A stretch of DNA of 54,628 bases, taken from positions 1 to 54,628 of the IMG/VR virus record IMGVR_UViG_3300033076_001036. One strand, written 5' to 3'. Origin of the DNA: a virus. Lineage: Duplodnaviria; Caudoviricetes. This document shows positions 37,514 to 45,614 of this stretch, in pieces. How positions within the stretch are numbered: the first letter of the stretch is position 1; each line of letters starts with the position of its first letter. A program made the translations under genes and the position numbers. Under the pieces are notes generated by a model. That model was not told where the DNA came from and searched no databases. It was given only the letters and a program-made list of their open reading frames with translations.

Positions 37514-37567
37514 GTGTTATTCCTTGGTTTCAAATCGGGGCCACTCGGCGCCCGGATAGTGAGTGAG

Positions 37568-37921
37568 TTATGAGGACTTCCGGATCGGAGTCACTTCAGC
37601 AACTGGTGTTTCAGCCGCCTTGATTATGCGTGAAAGCTCGCGCTCTTCTTGTTCAAGCTTCCGGAGTGTTTTGATCTCCGATCTGACTTGTTTCAGTCGC
37701 GCTTTCGCTGCTCTCAAAACGTTCAGCGGCTTGTCCTGCTTTTGCTTCTGCGCCCGTTGCTTGTTCGGCCTTGGCTCTGAACGCTGCACAGTCTCAAGAC
37801 TAGAAGTCTCAGGGGCCGGGGCTCCCAGTTTGCAATTGCACTTTGGACACGAGAGCGAAAGACCACCTCCGGTGAATGCAGTGACCGGGCTGATATCCTG
37901 GGAGCAGCTAGGGCAAATCAA
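37568..37921 (-). CDS. zinc-ribbon plus coiled-coil protein
   Basis: CPSC...CPKC, then a basic coiled coil. Confidence 0.6.
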   Translation of the reverse strand: MICPSCSQDISPVTAFTGGGLSLSCPKCNCKLGAPAPETSSLETVQRSEPRPNKQRAQKQKQDKPLNVLRAAKARLKQVRSEIKTLRKLEQEERELSRIIKAAETPVAEVTPIRKSS

Positions 37922-38364
37922 CGGGTCCGCCCGCGAATAGAGACCGTGACAACCGCACCGGCTGAAGTGCCTGCGCCACCAGTCGCAATAACCCGCACTA
38001 AGTCGCCTGGGTGGCCGCCTGTAGCCGTGTTTGCCGCTAGTGCTGGGGTGAGGTCCACCCCGACGACAGTAATGGCCTGAGAGGCTACCGAGGCCGCGTT
38101 AACCGTGTACCGGATAGGACCCGCCGCAGCTGCCAACTGTGGGAAGTGAATCCAGTCCACCCAGCGTCCAGCGCCAGCGTTCGCTTTCTGATCGAACCTC
38201 TGGACATACACGTCCAGTGTCCCACCGGTTGCGCCCACTAGGTCCGCCGTTACTTGCAAGTCAATGAACTGCCCGACGTCGGTAATCGGAGAGCCCACGA
38301 CGGCAGTAGTGGCCGAGCTGGGAGTCGTTCCAGTGATGATTAGGTTTCCTAGCTTATAGGCCAT
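37918..38364 (-). CDS. putative virion beta-sandwich protein
   Basis: TLDVYVQ...WVDW pattern; Thr/Ala/Gly-rich. Confidence 0.5.
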   Translation of the reverse strand: MAYKLGNLIITGTTPSSATTAVVGSPITDVGQFIDLQVTADLVGATGGTLDVYVQRFDQKANAGAGRWVDWIHFPQLAAAAGPIRYTVNAASVASQAITVVGVDLTPALAANTATGGHPGDLVRVIATGGAGTSAGAVVTVSIRGRTR

Positions 38365-38579
38365 TACTTGCCCTTCTTTTTAGCAGGTGCGACCGGCTTT
38401 TCTGGCTCGTCTGAAATTACGGTATCCGCAAAGAGCCCAAGCTCATTGCTTACGGAACCTACCGATCCGCTAACAGGCTCAGACGTAAGACCTTCCGCCC
38501 AAGTAGCCTCGCCACACTGAGAACAAGTAACAGCGTCATTACGCTCGCTCGAACCACACAACATACAGCTCTTAGCCAT
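38364..38579 (-). CDS. small zinc-ribbon protein
   Basis: CMLCG...CSQCG. Confidence 0.6.
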   Translation of the reverse strand: MAKSCMLCGSSERNDAVTCSQCGEATWAEGLTSEPVSGSVGSVSNELGLFADTVISDEPEKPVAPAKKKGK

Positions 38580-39192
38580 TCATTCCCCGTGCTTCTGAAG
38601 GTGATAGTAGGTAAAACGTACAGCGACATTTTGGGTGTACCGATCCGGGTTCACCTACAGAAAAAGACCCATCCGGAGCGCTAAAAGTTCCATGCGCACG
38701 CGCACATATTGGACAGGTGCGCTTGTCCAAAGTCGCGTCCCAAACGCGAACAACTTGGACATCCACCGCGGCCGCCTTAGCTCGGTTAAAAACGCTTGCT
38801 GACTCAGTTCTGGCGATTGTGTCGATTCGCCCTCTAATAGTCGCAAGTGCCTCTTTGATCCCTTTGCCGCGCGCTGCATCTTTCGCCGCCTTCGCAAGTC
38901 TTTCTGATACACTGCGAGCGCGCGCAATCTGGTTAGTGGGCGGAACGACAACTTGGCCGCTAGTCCGCGTTCCTAGTTGCGCTGATTCGCGTTCGGCGCT
39001 TCGCCTTCCTGCCAATGCAGACAGCCGCCACACGTCCGCAACCGTCGCGAGTGTTACGCGCTGAAGTTGTGCGGGTCGCTTAACCTCATTCGTGCGCATT
39101 AGAAACAGACCAAGAGCCACGGCTTCGGCCCGTTCAAGGTCGCGAATATTCTCGCGCTGCGCTTGTTCGATTTCAGCTTGGGACCGGGCCAC
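38572..39192 (-). CDS. head morphogenesis protein (SPP1 gp7/Mu F family)
   Basis: IARTES...WDATLDKRTCPIC...HPKCRC. Confidence 0.88.
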   Translation of the reverse strand: MARSQAEIEQAQRENIRDLERAEAVALGLFLMRTNEVKRPAQLQRVTLATVADVWRLSALAGRRSAERESAQLGTRTSGQVVVPPTNQIARARSVSERLAKAAKDAARGKGIKEALATIRGRIDTIARTESASVFNRAKAAAVDVQVVRVWDATLDKRTCPICARAHGTFSAPDGSFSVGEPGSVHPKCRCTFYLLSPSEARGMNG

Positions 39193-40858
39193 TAGGCTCC
39201 TTTGGTTTCACCGCCGCCGCGTGATACGCCTCGGCCTGCTTCATGAGCGCGTCATTTTCGTCGTCAACCTGTTCCTGAGACTCTTTTTCAATCTCAGCCA
39301 TTAGCGACTCGATATCCTCAACGCCGAAGATCGGGGCCACTTGCTCAACTGCTACGCGCTTGGAAATCAATCCAGCGTCCAAGCAGTCGCGAGTCATGGC
39401 GACAATCTTTTGCTGTTCTTCCGGGTCGGGCTTGAAGTAGTTACCCCACTTAACACACACCTGAGGAACGCTGATTTCAGCGTCACCAAGGTATCCAAGA
39501 ACTTCGCTGATGTTCTCGACCTTGACACCAGCCCCGAGCTTTCGAGCGATGCGAAGTTGCATCAATAGCGCTGGGGTGAAGTAGTTGTCCGTTAGGTCGT
39601 CTCGATAGAGATCACACCGGTCGATCTGCTTTTGCTTGATTGCTTCAAGTGCCTTGCCTGAAGTCGTGGCAGCAAACTTGATGTTCTCAGGGTCGAGAAA
39701 GACAACGGCCATCGACTCCTGAATCTTGAGCTTCAGATCGGAGCAGTTGTCCTGCTGCGCCTTGAGAGCATCGGGCGGATAAACGATAGCGCCGACTTTG
39801 GTTTCCGGGCTCTCGTACTGCCACACATGACCCGGCCCCGAGAGTCGTGCCTTTTGCGGCGGAGCCGGGTCAACGAATGCACCGCGAACTGGATTGTTCG
39901 GACTTGAGAGCCCGCCAAATTCAGTAGTGGGTACGAGCGCGGTGCGACCCTCGCCGGTTGGGTTGTAGCCCTTCTGGACACCAATCTCGTAGCGTTGCGG
40001 CTCCGAATAGAGCGCTCCACGATGCCATTGGGATCGGGCAATGTCGTGCGCCTGAATCTCGTCCGTTACGTTCGCGTGGATTGCCTGGCCGTCGATAACA
40101 TTGACCGGCTGGCAGCCTCGCATATGTGCGTACCAAACAACCGGGACGAATCCAAGATTGTGATCCGCGCTTGCACTTGGATTTTCGCGCCACTCAATAT
40201 CAGCGTCGGACTCTTGCCCCTCAGCTGGGAAATAGACGATATCCCGTTCGCGCGTGATGAGTCGGCGATAGACCATCGCGCGAAGCGACCAGCTGCCGCC
40301 AGCGCTCTTGTACTGATCGATATACGGATAGAGGATCTCGACCTCTGACAGCTCCCCGTCATCGGACCAAACGGGATTGCACCACTTAGCCGGTAGCGAT
40401 TCCGCGAACGGTTTACCGTTACGGACACCCTGGAGTAGCACTCCGGTTCCGCACTCTTGCGACGACTGAAACAGCTCGCGACTAACAGATCGAAAGCGTG
40501 AGAGCTTGTGCCAGTCGCACAGAAACTCTTCTAGCGCTCGCTCCGGTTTTTCGTCCGCGTCCGGAGACGAATCATCTTCAGTTTCTTGCGACTGCTCGCC
40601 TTCTGTCTCAACTTCGATTCCGAAAGTCGGGAATCGACCCTCACCAAGGACCAAGTCGCAATTGGACTGCGCGGCGATACGGACTACCGGATAGACAATG
40701 CACGGGGCGCGCTCCCAAAGCGGGACGGTTTGAGAAAACCAGTCCGGTCTCCCTCTGTATTGCGTCCCATCGGCCCACGATTGCAAGCGTTCAAGCTCGC
40801 AGTAACGCGGGCTCATGTAACGCATGGCAATCCTAGACGCGCGCTCGTAATCCTGCAC
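39173..40858 (-). CDS. portal protein
   Basis: 561 aa between terminase and MuF gene; HNLGFVPVVW and SGKAL motifs of SPP1-type portals. Confidence 0.85.
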   Translation of the reverse strand: MQDYERASRIAMRYMSPRYCELERLQSWADGTQYRGRPDWFSQTVPLWERAPCIVYPVVRIAAQSNCDLVLGEGRFPTFGIEVETEGEQSQETEDDSSPDADEKPERALEEFLCDWHKLSRFRSVSRELFQSSQECGTGVLLQGVRNGKPFAESLPAKWCNPVWSDDGELSEVEILYPYIDQYKSAGGSWSLRAMVYRRLITRERDIVYFPAEGQESDADIEWRENPSASADHNLGFVPVVWYAHMRGCQPVNVIDGQAIHANVTDEIQAHDIARSQWHRGALYSEPQRYEIGVQKGYNPTGEGRTALVPTTEFGGLSSPNNPVRGAFVDPAPPQKARLSGPGHVWQYESPETKVGAIVYPPDALKAQQDNCSDLKLKIQESMAVVFLDPENIKFAATTSGKALEAIKQKQIDRCDLYRDDLTDNYFTPALLMQLRIARKLGAGVKVENISEVLGYLGDAEISVPQVCVKWGNYFKPDPEEQQKIVAMTRDCLDAGLISKRVAVEQVAPIFGVEDIESLMAEIEKESQEQVDDENDALMKQAEAYHAAAVKPKEPSGPVPS

Positions 40859-40864
40859 CGCGCG

Positions 40865-40892
40865 ATTCTAGCGCGGATGTTAGTTGGTTATG
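40865..40892 (-). promoter_or_regulatory. putative late promoter CATAAC-N16-TAGAAT (leaderless portal mRNA)
   Basis: GTG start lies 6 nt after the -10; no SD. Confidence 0.65.
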
Positions 40893-41044
40893 GTTTGACT
40901 CTTGTAAATCTCAAGCATCCGAGTGGCAAACAGCTCAGCTTTCACAGCCCCGTATTCATCCACAAGGAACTCGGCCATGCTCCCAGCTGGTACGAAAGTC
41001 CTAAGAGCGTGCGCAAGGATTGATAGTAGTTCTTCGTCGGTCAT
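40880..41044 (-). CDS. hypothetical protein
   Basis: Start MTDEEL with GGAGG RBS and ATGA overlap. Confidence 0.6.
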   Translation of the reverse strand: MTDEELLSILAHALRTFVPAGSMAEFLVDEYGAVKAELFATRMLEIYKSQTITN

Positions 41045-41133
41045 TTCTTCTTCCTCCCCCTCGGAACCCCCCACGCGACCGAGTACCACTCAAACCAATC
41101 GAGTGAGCGAAGTCTGAATTCTTGTGGTGTCAC
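41041..41133 (-). CDS. 30-aa peptide (not in ORF track)
   Basis: MTPQEFRLRSLDWFEWYSVAWGVPRGRKKK; GTGA and ATGA overlaps; repeats the N-terminus of 41130..41477. Confidence 0.5.
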   Translation of the reverse strand: MTPQEFRLRSLDWFEWYSVAWGVPRGRKKK

Positions 41134-41477
41134 TTCCACCCCTTTCCGTCATACCTTAGCTCCCATTCTTTCAGCGGGATCAATTCGACACCCTTCCCAT
41201 TTTTTCCCCATGAACACCACCCTCCCGCTTTCTCTGAAAGTTCCCTCAGCTTGTCGATTTCCCATTGCTCTAGTCTTTCTGGATGTAAGTCATTATGCAG
41301 GCCAGCTTCCGGATCTACCAGCTGTTCCCATAGTCGGAACTCAAGATCGATCATCCACCCGGCGAAGTAGTAACGCTCCGAAAGCTCGCTCATGAACCAC
41401 TTGAGCTTTTTTTCAGCATCGAACCAATCGAGCGAAAGAAGTCTAAACTCCAGCGGTGTCAGTTTCCTTTTTTTCAC
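41130..41477 (-). CDS. conserved hypothetical phage protein
   Basis: MSELSERYYFAGW..DLEFRLW...LSEKAGGW pattern. Confidence 0.65.
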   Translation of the reverse strand: MKKRKLTPLEFRLLSLDWFDAEKKLKWFMSELSERYYFAGWMIDLEFRLWEQLVDPEAGLHNDLHPERLEQWEIDKLRELSEKAGGWCSWGKNGKGVELIPLKEWELRYDGKGWK

Positions 41478-41878
41478 TTGTACTCCCTCAACCCTCTAGC
41501 CGTTTCCGAAGCTCCGCGCAACTTTATTTCCACTCCGCGCATCACCTGATCAACGCGAGTGCTTGAACACCCAAGAGCCTTAGCGGTCCCTCTGATATCA
41601 AGCCCACCCTCCCTTTCTGCCACGTCAAGCGAGCAACTGTTTTCCGGAGGTACGTCCCACGGGTCAAGAGATCCGTTCGGCTTGATTGTACCAGCCGCTA
41701 GGACCTCTAGGTAGTTGTTGTGCCGACAACCTACGAACGGACACGGACGCGGAACGTTCGCACAGTCCGCACGAGTCCGCGGCCTCTCATGGTCCGCTAA
41801 CGGTTCTTCACCGTCCAGTTCCAGGTGCGCAAGGTTGCGGTCAATCTGCAGTCGTACTCTTTGGCGCGAACTGGTCAC
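41474..41878 (-). CDS. Cys-rich sigma70 region-4-like HTH protein
   Basis: RPRTRADC...RPCPFVGCRHN.Y...SCSLDVAE..G...LGCSSTRVDQ; start revised to GTG 41878. Confidence 0.75.
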   Translation of the reverse strand: MTSSRQRVRLQIDRNLAHLELDGEEPLADHERPRTRADCANVPRPCPFVGCRHNNYLEVLAAGTIKPNGSLDPWDVPPENSCSLDVAEREGGLDIRGTAKALGCSSTRVDQVMRGVEIKLRGASETARGLREYK

Positions 41879-41882
41879 ACTC

Positions 41883-43151
41883 TCAACTCCCAAAAACAAC
41901 AGTCCGTTCAGAACCAACCATTCCGAACCGTCCCGTTATCGCATACCTCGCAGCGTCAAGCCAGTGGTTATTTTTATCCTCAGGTGTTTCTAGGTAAGCG
42001 TCCGGAATGTGGGGATCTTTCTTGCGCTTGTAGCTATTGAACTCCCGGATCCCGTTGACGCACTCGGGGCTCACGTAGAACCGGCACCAGGGCAGGTCGT
42101 TCGGCGGTTCGCGCTTGGCCAGCAGATCCATAACCCGAGAAATGCCGGGGAGAATCGCATTATCGGCCGGTTGACTATTGACACCGGCCCTTCGTCGTAG
42201 TTCCGCGATTCGGTCCGGCCGTGAGCGGTCGCACCAAAATGTGTGAGCAAAGCTCCACTCTTTTGCGCGTCGGTCCCATTCCTCCGGAAGCACTCCGCTT
42301 TCGTAGTGTTCCTTCAGCGCCCAAATCACGGCGTCATTTCCGTGGCCCTGAATACCGAAAAGAATCATCACGCCGGCATCGTTCCAACCATGATCGACAC
42401 CAACAATGAACTCACGAAACTGAGTTAGCGGTGGTGGCGTCCTAACGTGGAACGACTCGTCGAACGGATAAACCAGTCCCTCGCCGCTGTCGAAATCGCA
42501 ATCATACTCTCGCGAGTAGACTTGCGGATTCGTGAGCTGTTTGACAGTGCGTAGCCAAGCCTGGTCAACTTGCGGCGATTCGCTAGAGCGAAAGCGAAAT
42601 GAAACGAACTCAATTCCCTCGCCCTTCTCTCGTTTCTGCCCGAGCTGATAGTCGCGATACAAAACCCCGTGACGTCCCCGGCGCGGCGTCCCTGACTTGA
42701 CCCAAATCGCGCTTGAACCCGAACGCGAAAACGTCGGCTGAACGACACTCGTCTCAACTGTGGCTTCGATATCATCGCACTCGTCCTCTAGAACCATTCC
42801 GAAGCGCTGGCCTCGAATTGAGTGCGCATTCTCCGCTCCCCACGTCGAGAGCCGCGATCCATTCGAGTAGACCGCTGTGAGGTCGCTCATGTTCGTGGTG
42901 ACGAATCGCGACAGTGGACCCTTATAATCCTCTAACAGGTGCGGCCAAAAGACCATCTTTGCCTGTTTGAGCGAGGGGAGCAAAAGTCCGATCTGAAGGC
43001 CCGGCACCTTCATTGCCCACGAATGCAAAAGCACGCGTAGAAGAAACGACTTCCCCGTGCCTCGTCCCATAGCAAGCGTTACGACTCGCCCCGGTTGTAC
43101 CGCTTGAAATGCCTCCGACTGAAGCGCGTCAAGGTTCGCAGTGAAGCTCAC
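41883..43151 (-). CDS. terL: terminase large subunit
   Basis: Walker A GRGTGKS, Walker B VLEDE, SGTP, RNase H-like GVDHGWND and HWLDAARY. Confidence 0.92.
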   Translation of the reverse strand: MSFTANLDALQSEAFQAVQPGRVVTLAMGRGTGKSFLLRVLLHSWAMKVPGLQIGLLLPSLKQAKMVFWPHLLEDYKGPLSRFVTTNMSDLTAVYSNGSRLSTWGAENAHSIRGQRFGMVLEDECDDIEATVETSVVQPTFSRSGSSAIWVKSGTPRRGRHGVLYRDYQLGQKREKGEGIEFVSFRFRSSESPQVDQAWLRTVKQLTNPQVYSREYDCDFDSGEGLVYPFDESFHVRTPPPLTQFREFIVGVDHGWNDAGVMILFGIQGHGNDAVIWALKEHYESGVLPEEWDRRAKEWSFAHTFWCDRSRPDRIAELRRRAGVNSQPADNAILPGISRVMDLLAKREPPNDLPWCRFYVSPECVNGIREFNSYKRKKDPHIPDAYLETPEDKNNHWLDAARYAITGRFGMVGSERTVVFGS

Positions 43152-43738
43152 TCAGTCGGGGCCTCAGGATCCCCGTCTTCACCCTCTACGCCTTCACTCT
43201 CGCCACTCACAGACTCATCACTCTTCACAACCTCGGAGGGCGCACTCACATTCGCGGTCCCCTGAAGGTTCACGACTACCACAGGGCCCATCGATTCAGG
43301 GCGTGCCGTAGTGTCCGGGGTGAGTAGCTTTGCAAGATTGGACGCGTTCTTCTCGCAGTCCAAAACGATCTTCGCCCAATCGGGTCGCTTATCGATTACC
43401 ACCCCCTGATCCTTATAGACGTCCGCTTTCTTTTTCTCCGCGCGCTTTTTCGCGACTCTCATGATCTCTTGGCGGGCCGTAATGGCCTCGACAAGATACC
43501 CTTCAAACATCGCGCGCCGGTCAGCGAGGAACTCAGGATCTTTCTCAAAGTCCCGAGCAAACTTCTTCCCTAGCGACGGACTAATTCCGCAGATCGCTGA
43601 GGCCTTGTGAATGTGCCCGTTGACTAGATACTCGGCTCGAAATTTGAGCTTAGTAGCAACCGGGGTCTTATTGCCATTGTGAGGTCCGCCTGGCATTCTG
43701 TATTTGCTCCTACCGTCACCCGTTACCGTCGGCGACAC
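43148..43738 (-). CDS. terminase small subunit (putative)
   Basis: HTH-like N-terminal region; ATGA overlap with terL. Confidence 0.6.
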   Translation of the reverse strand: MSPTVTGDGRSKYRMPGGPHNGNKTPVATKLKFRAEYLVNGHIHKASAICGISPSLGKKFARDFEKDPEFLADRRAMFEGYLVEAITARQEIMRVAKKRAEKKKADVYKDQGVVIDKRPDWAKIVLDCEKNASNLAKLLTPDTTARPESMGPVVVVNLQGTANVSAPSEVVKSDESVSGESEGVEGEDGDPEAPTE

Positions 43739-43746
43739 GTAGCAGC

Positions 43747-43774
43747 ACTCTAGCTCGATTGTGGGCTAGTTATG
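43747..43774 (-). promoter_or_regulatory. putative late promoter CATAAC-N16-TAGAGT
   Basis: Just downstream of a terminator; GTG at 43738 lies 8 nt after the -10; no SD. Confidence 0.65.
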
Positions 43775-43782
43775 ACCAGACG

Positions 43783-43807
43783 AAAAACCCCGCTTACTAG
43801 GCGGGGT
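43783..43807 (-). terminator. intrinsic terminator separating early-left genes from late genes
   Basis: ACCCCGC-CTAGTAA-GCGGGGT-TTTT. Confidence 0.75.
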
Positions 43808-43831
43808 GTGAAAACTTCCGGCAGTTGAGAG

Positions 43832-44074
43832 TTATTCACCAGCCGCGATGATAGCAATCTTTGCGGCCGCAAGCATGTTTGCATCCTCGGCAGAAAAGCT
43901 TCCAATGCGTGCTGAGTAAATGATCTTAGTTCCGCGCTTTGCCTGGATGCGAGCGGTCCAGATTCCATCCTCAAGCTTTGCATTCTTTGCGGTAAAGATG
44001 GCTCCACCAATTACAGCGGAGATTCCTGACTTGGTGGTTTTAATCGCTGAGGTGGTGAGTTCGATTGCGTTCAT
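43832..44074 (-). CDS. small early-type hypothetical protein
   Basis: AACGAAGGGAACGAACGA leader shared with right-arm genes; has its own terminator. Confidence 0.7.
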   Translation of the reverse strand: MNAIELTTSAIKTTKSGISAVIGGAIFTAKNAKLEDGIWTARIQAKRGTKIIYSARIGSFSAEDANMLAAAKIAIIAAGE

Positions 44075-44160
44075 TCGTTCGTTCCCTTCGTTCCGCCAGC
44101 TCCCTGCTGACTCAGTAGTTATCGTCTATCCTGAGACCGTACGCAACTAAAATCGACACG

Positions 44161-44186
44161 GGCTCCCAAAAATATTTTTGGGAGCC
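44161..44186. repeat. perfect 26-bp palindrome
   Basis: GGCTCCCAAAAAT|ATTTTTGGGAGCC. Confidence 0.9.
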
Positions 44187-44224
44187 TTGTCTGGTTTCGT
44201 GGCTTGTCCAGTATTATTGGACAG

Positions 44225-44476
44225 TTACCACTCTACGTCGATGGCTGGGTTCAGTAGCGACGGGAGGTCATAGACATCGACAGAAAACCCACGCCTCCTA
44301 AGAGATCTCAGCGCTCGCACCATCTCTTCTGGGTAATTTCGCGCGAACCAGATCCTAGCAGTCCTACTGCCAGTCGCTGCGATGGCATATATTTCCGCGT
44401 CCACAAAATCCAGCGACCTTGTAGACTCGGAAAGCTTCCTAGCTTGCTCAAGGCTTAATTTTTTAGGCATATTCAA
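44225..44476 (-). CDS. hypothetical protein
   Basis: Coupled to the clamp gene stop. Confidence 0.6.
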   Translation of the reverse strand: MNMPKKLSLEQARKLSESTRSLDFVDAEIYAIAATGSRTARIWFARNYPEEMVRALRSLRRRGFSVDVYDLPSLLNPAIDVEW

Positions 44477-45609
44477 ACTCGCATCGGCATGATGATAGCG
44501 AACCCGCCCTCATGTTCAATCATCATTGGATCTAGCTGTCCACCTAGTCTAATGGTCGCAGAACTCTCGAAAATACTTGAAAGAGTATCTGCCAAGTATT
44601 TGTAATTGCAACCAATTTTGCCGGACCCTATAATTACAGCAGCCACGGAGTCGCTCGCCTTTTGTGTGCCACTTTGTGCCACTAGTGCCAATTCTGTGCC
44701 ACTTACTGACATTTCAACGCCATTGGAACGGTCATCGGCCGCAAGTCCGATAGCTTTCGCCGACTGTAGTAGCTCCTCGCGACTCACAATCGCCGAACAA
44801 GTCAGCGTTTCTTTTGACGGCACAACCTGATGGTACGGTGGAAACGCAGCGTCCACGGTTTTGACCCCGAACACATACGCCCCGAAGTTGGCCAGAATCA
44901 CCCCGCCAAAGCGCGCGAGCATCACGTTCTCCAGTCCGTCGCTAGGTGCGTCACCGGCGAGTCTACGAAGCTCCTGTGCGCCCCTACGGGGGATCAAAGC
45001 CTTAAGCTCGCTAGCCTCACCATCGTTAACTTCCTCGCGTTTGCTCTCAGCTAGTGCCAATCGATGGCCGTCCGTTGCGACCGCTCGCACGGTCTCCGGT
45101 CCAATCTCGACCAGTAGCGACGCAATGTGCATTCGCGAATCATCGAGACTCACGGCATAACTCGACTGTGCCAACACTCGCGAAAGTTGAGACACCGGGA
45201 GCGTGACCCACTCCGCATCGTCCCCGCTCATTTCGAGTTCAGGGTACTCCGTTGGAAGCTGCCCATCTAGCGAATACCGGAGCTTTCGAGCACTCTCCGA
45301 ATACAGCTCCGCACGGCCGTCACTATCAGACGTGAGCACTACGAGACCCGACGGCATAGCCTTAAGCCGTTCCGCTAGCGCTCGCGCATCAATCGCGACC
45401 CCTCCCGACTCTTCAACGTCACACACAATTGGCGAAACAATCGATAGTACCAGGTCAGTAGCCGCAAACGTAACAGCAGCCCCCTCTCCTGATTTCGGCG
45501 CCGTGATAAGCACGCTCGAAAGGATCGGGAGCTGCGACTTAGTGGCCGCCACATTCGCCGCCCTAAGGACGGCCTTGAGCATCGTTTCTTTCTGAGTTCT
45601 GATCTTCAT
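44473..45609 (-). CDS. dnaN: DNA polymerase III beta sliding clamp, phage-encoded
   Basis: LPILSSVLI, ATDL, EYP, VATDGHRLA, FPPYHQVVP, NYKYL.D.L, IIMPMRV; start revised to MKIRT. Confidence 0.92.
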   Translation of the reverse strand: MKIRTQKETMLKAVLRAANVAATKSQLPILSSVLITAPKSGEGAAVTFAATDLVLSIVSPIVCDVEESGGVAIDARALAERLKAMPSGLVVLTSDSDGRAELYSESARKLRYSLDGQLPTEYPELEMSGDDAEWVTLPVSQLSRVLAQSSYAVSLDDSRMHIASLLVEIGPETVRAVATDGHRLALAESKREEVNDGEASELKALIPRRGAQELRRLAGDAPSDGLENVMLARFGGVILANFGAYVFGVKTVDAAFPPYHQVVPSKETLTCSAIVSREELLQSAKAIGLAADDRSNGVEMSVSGTELALVAQSGTQKASDSVAAVIIGSGKIGCNYKYLADTLSSIFESSATIRLGGQLDPMMIEHEGGFAIIMPMRV

Positions 45610-45614
45610 TCTCT

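Noticed and set aside
37567-37572. Other CATAAC/GATAAC hexamers (37572, 34749, 44123) as late promoters
   Set aside because: No TARRRT box 16 nt downstream.
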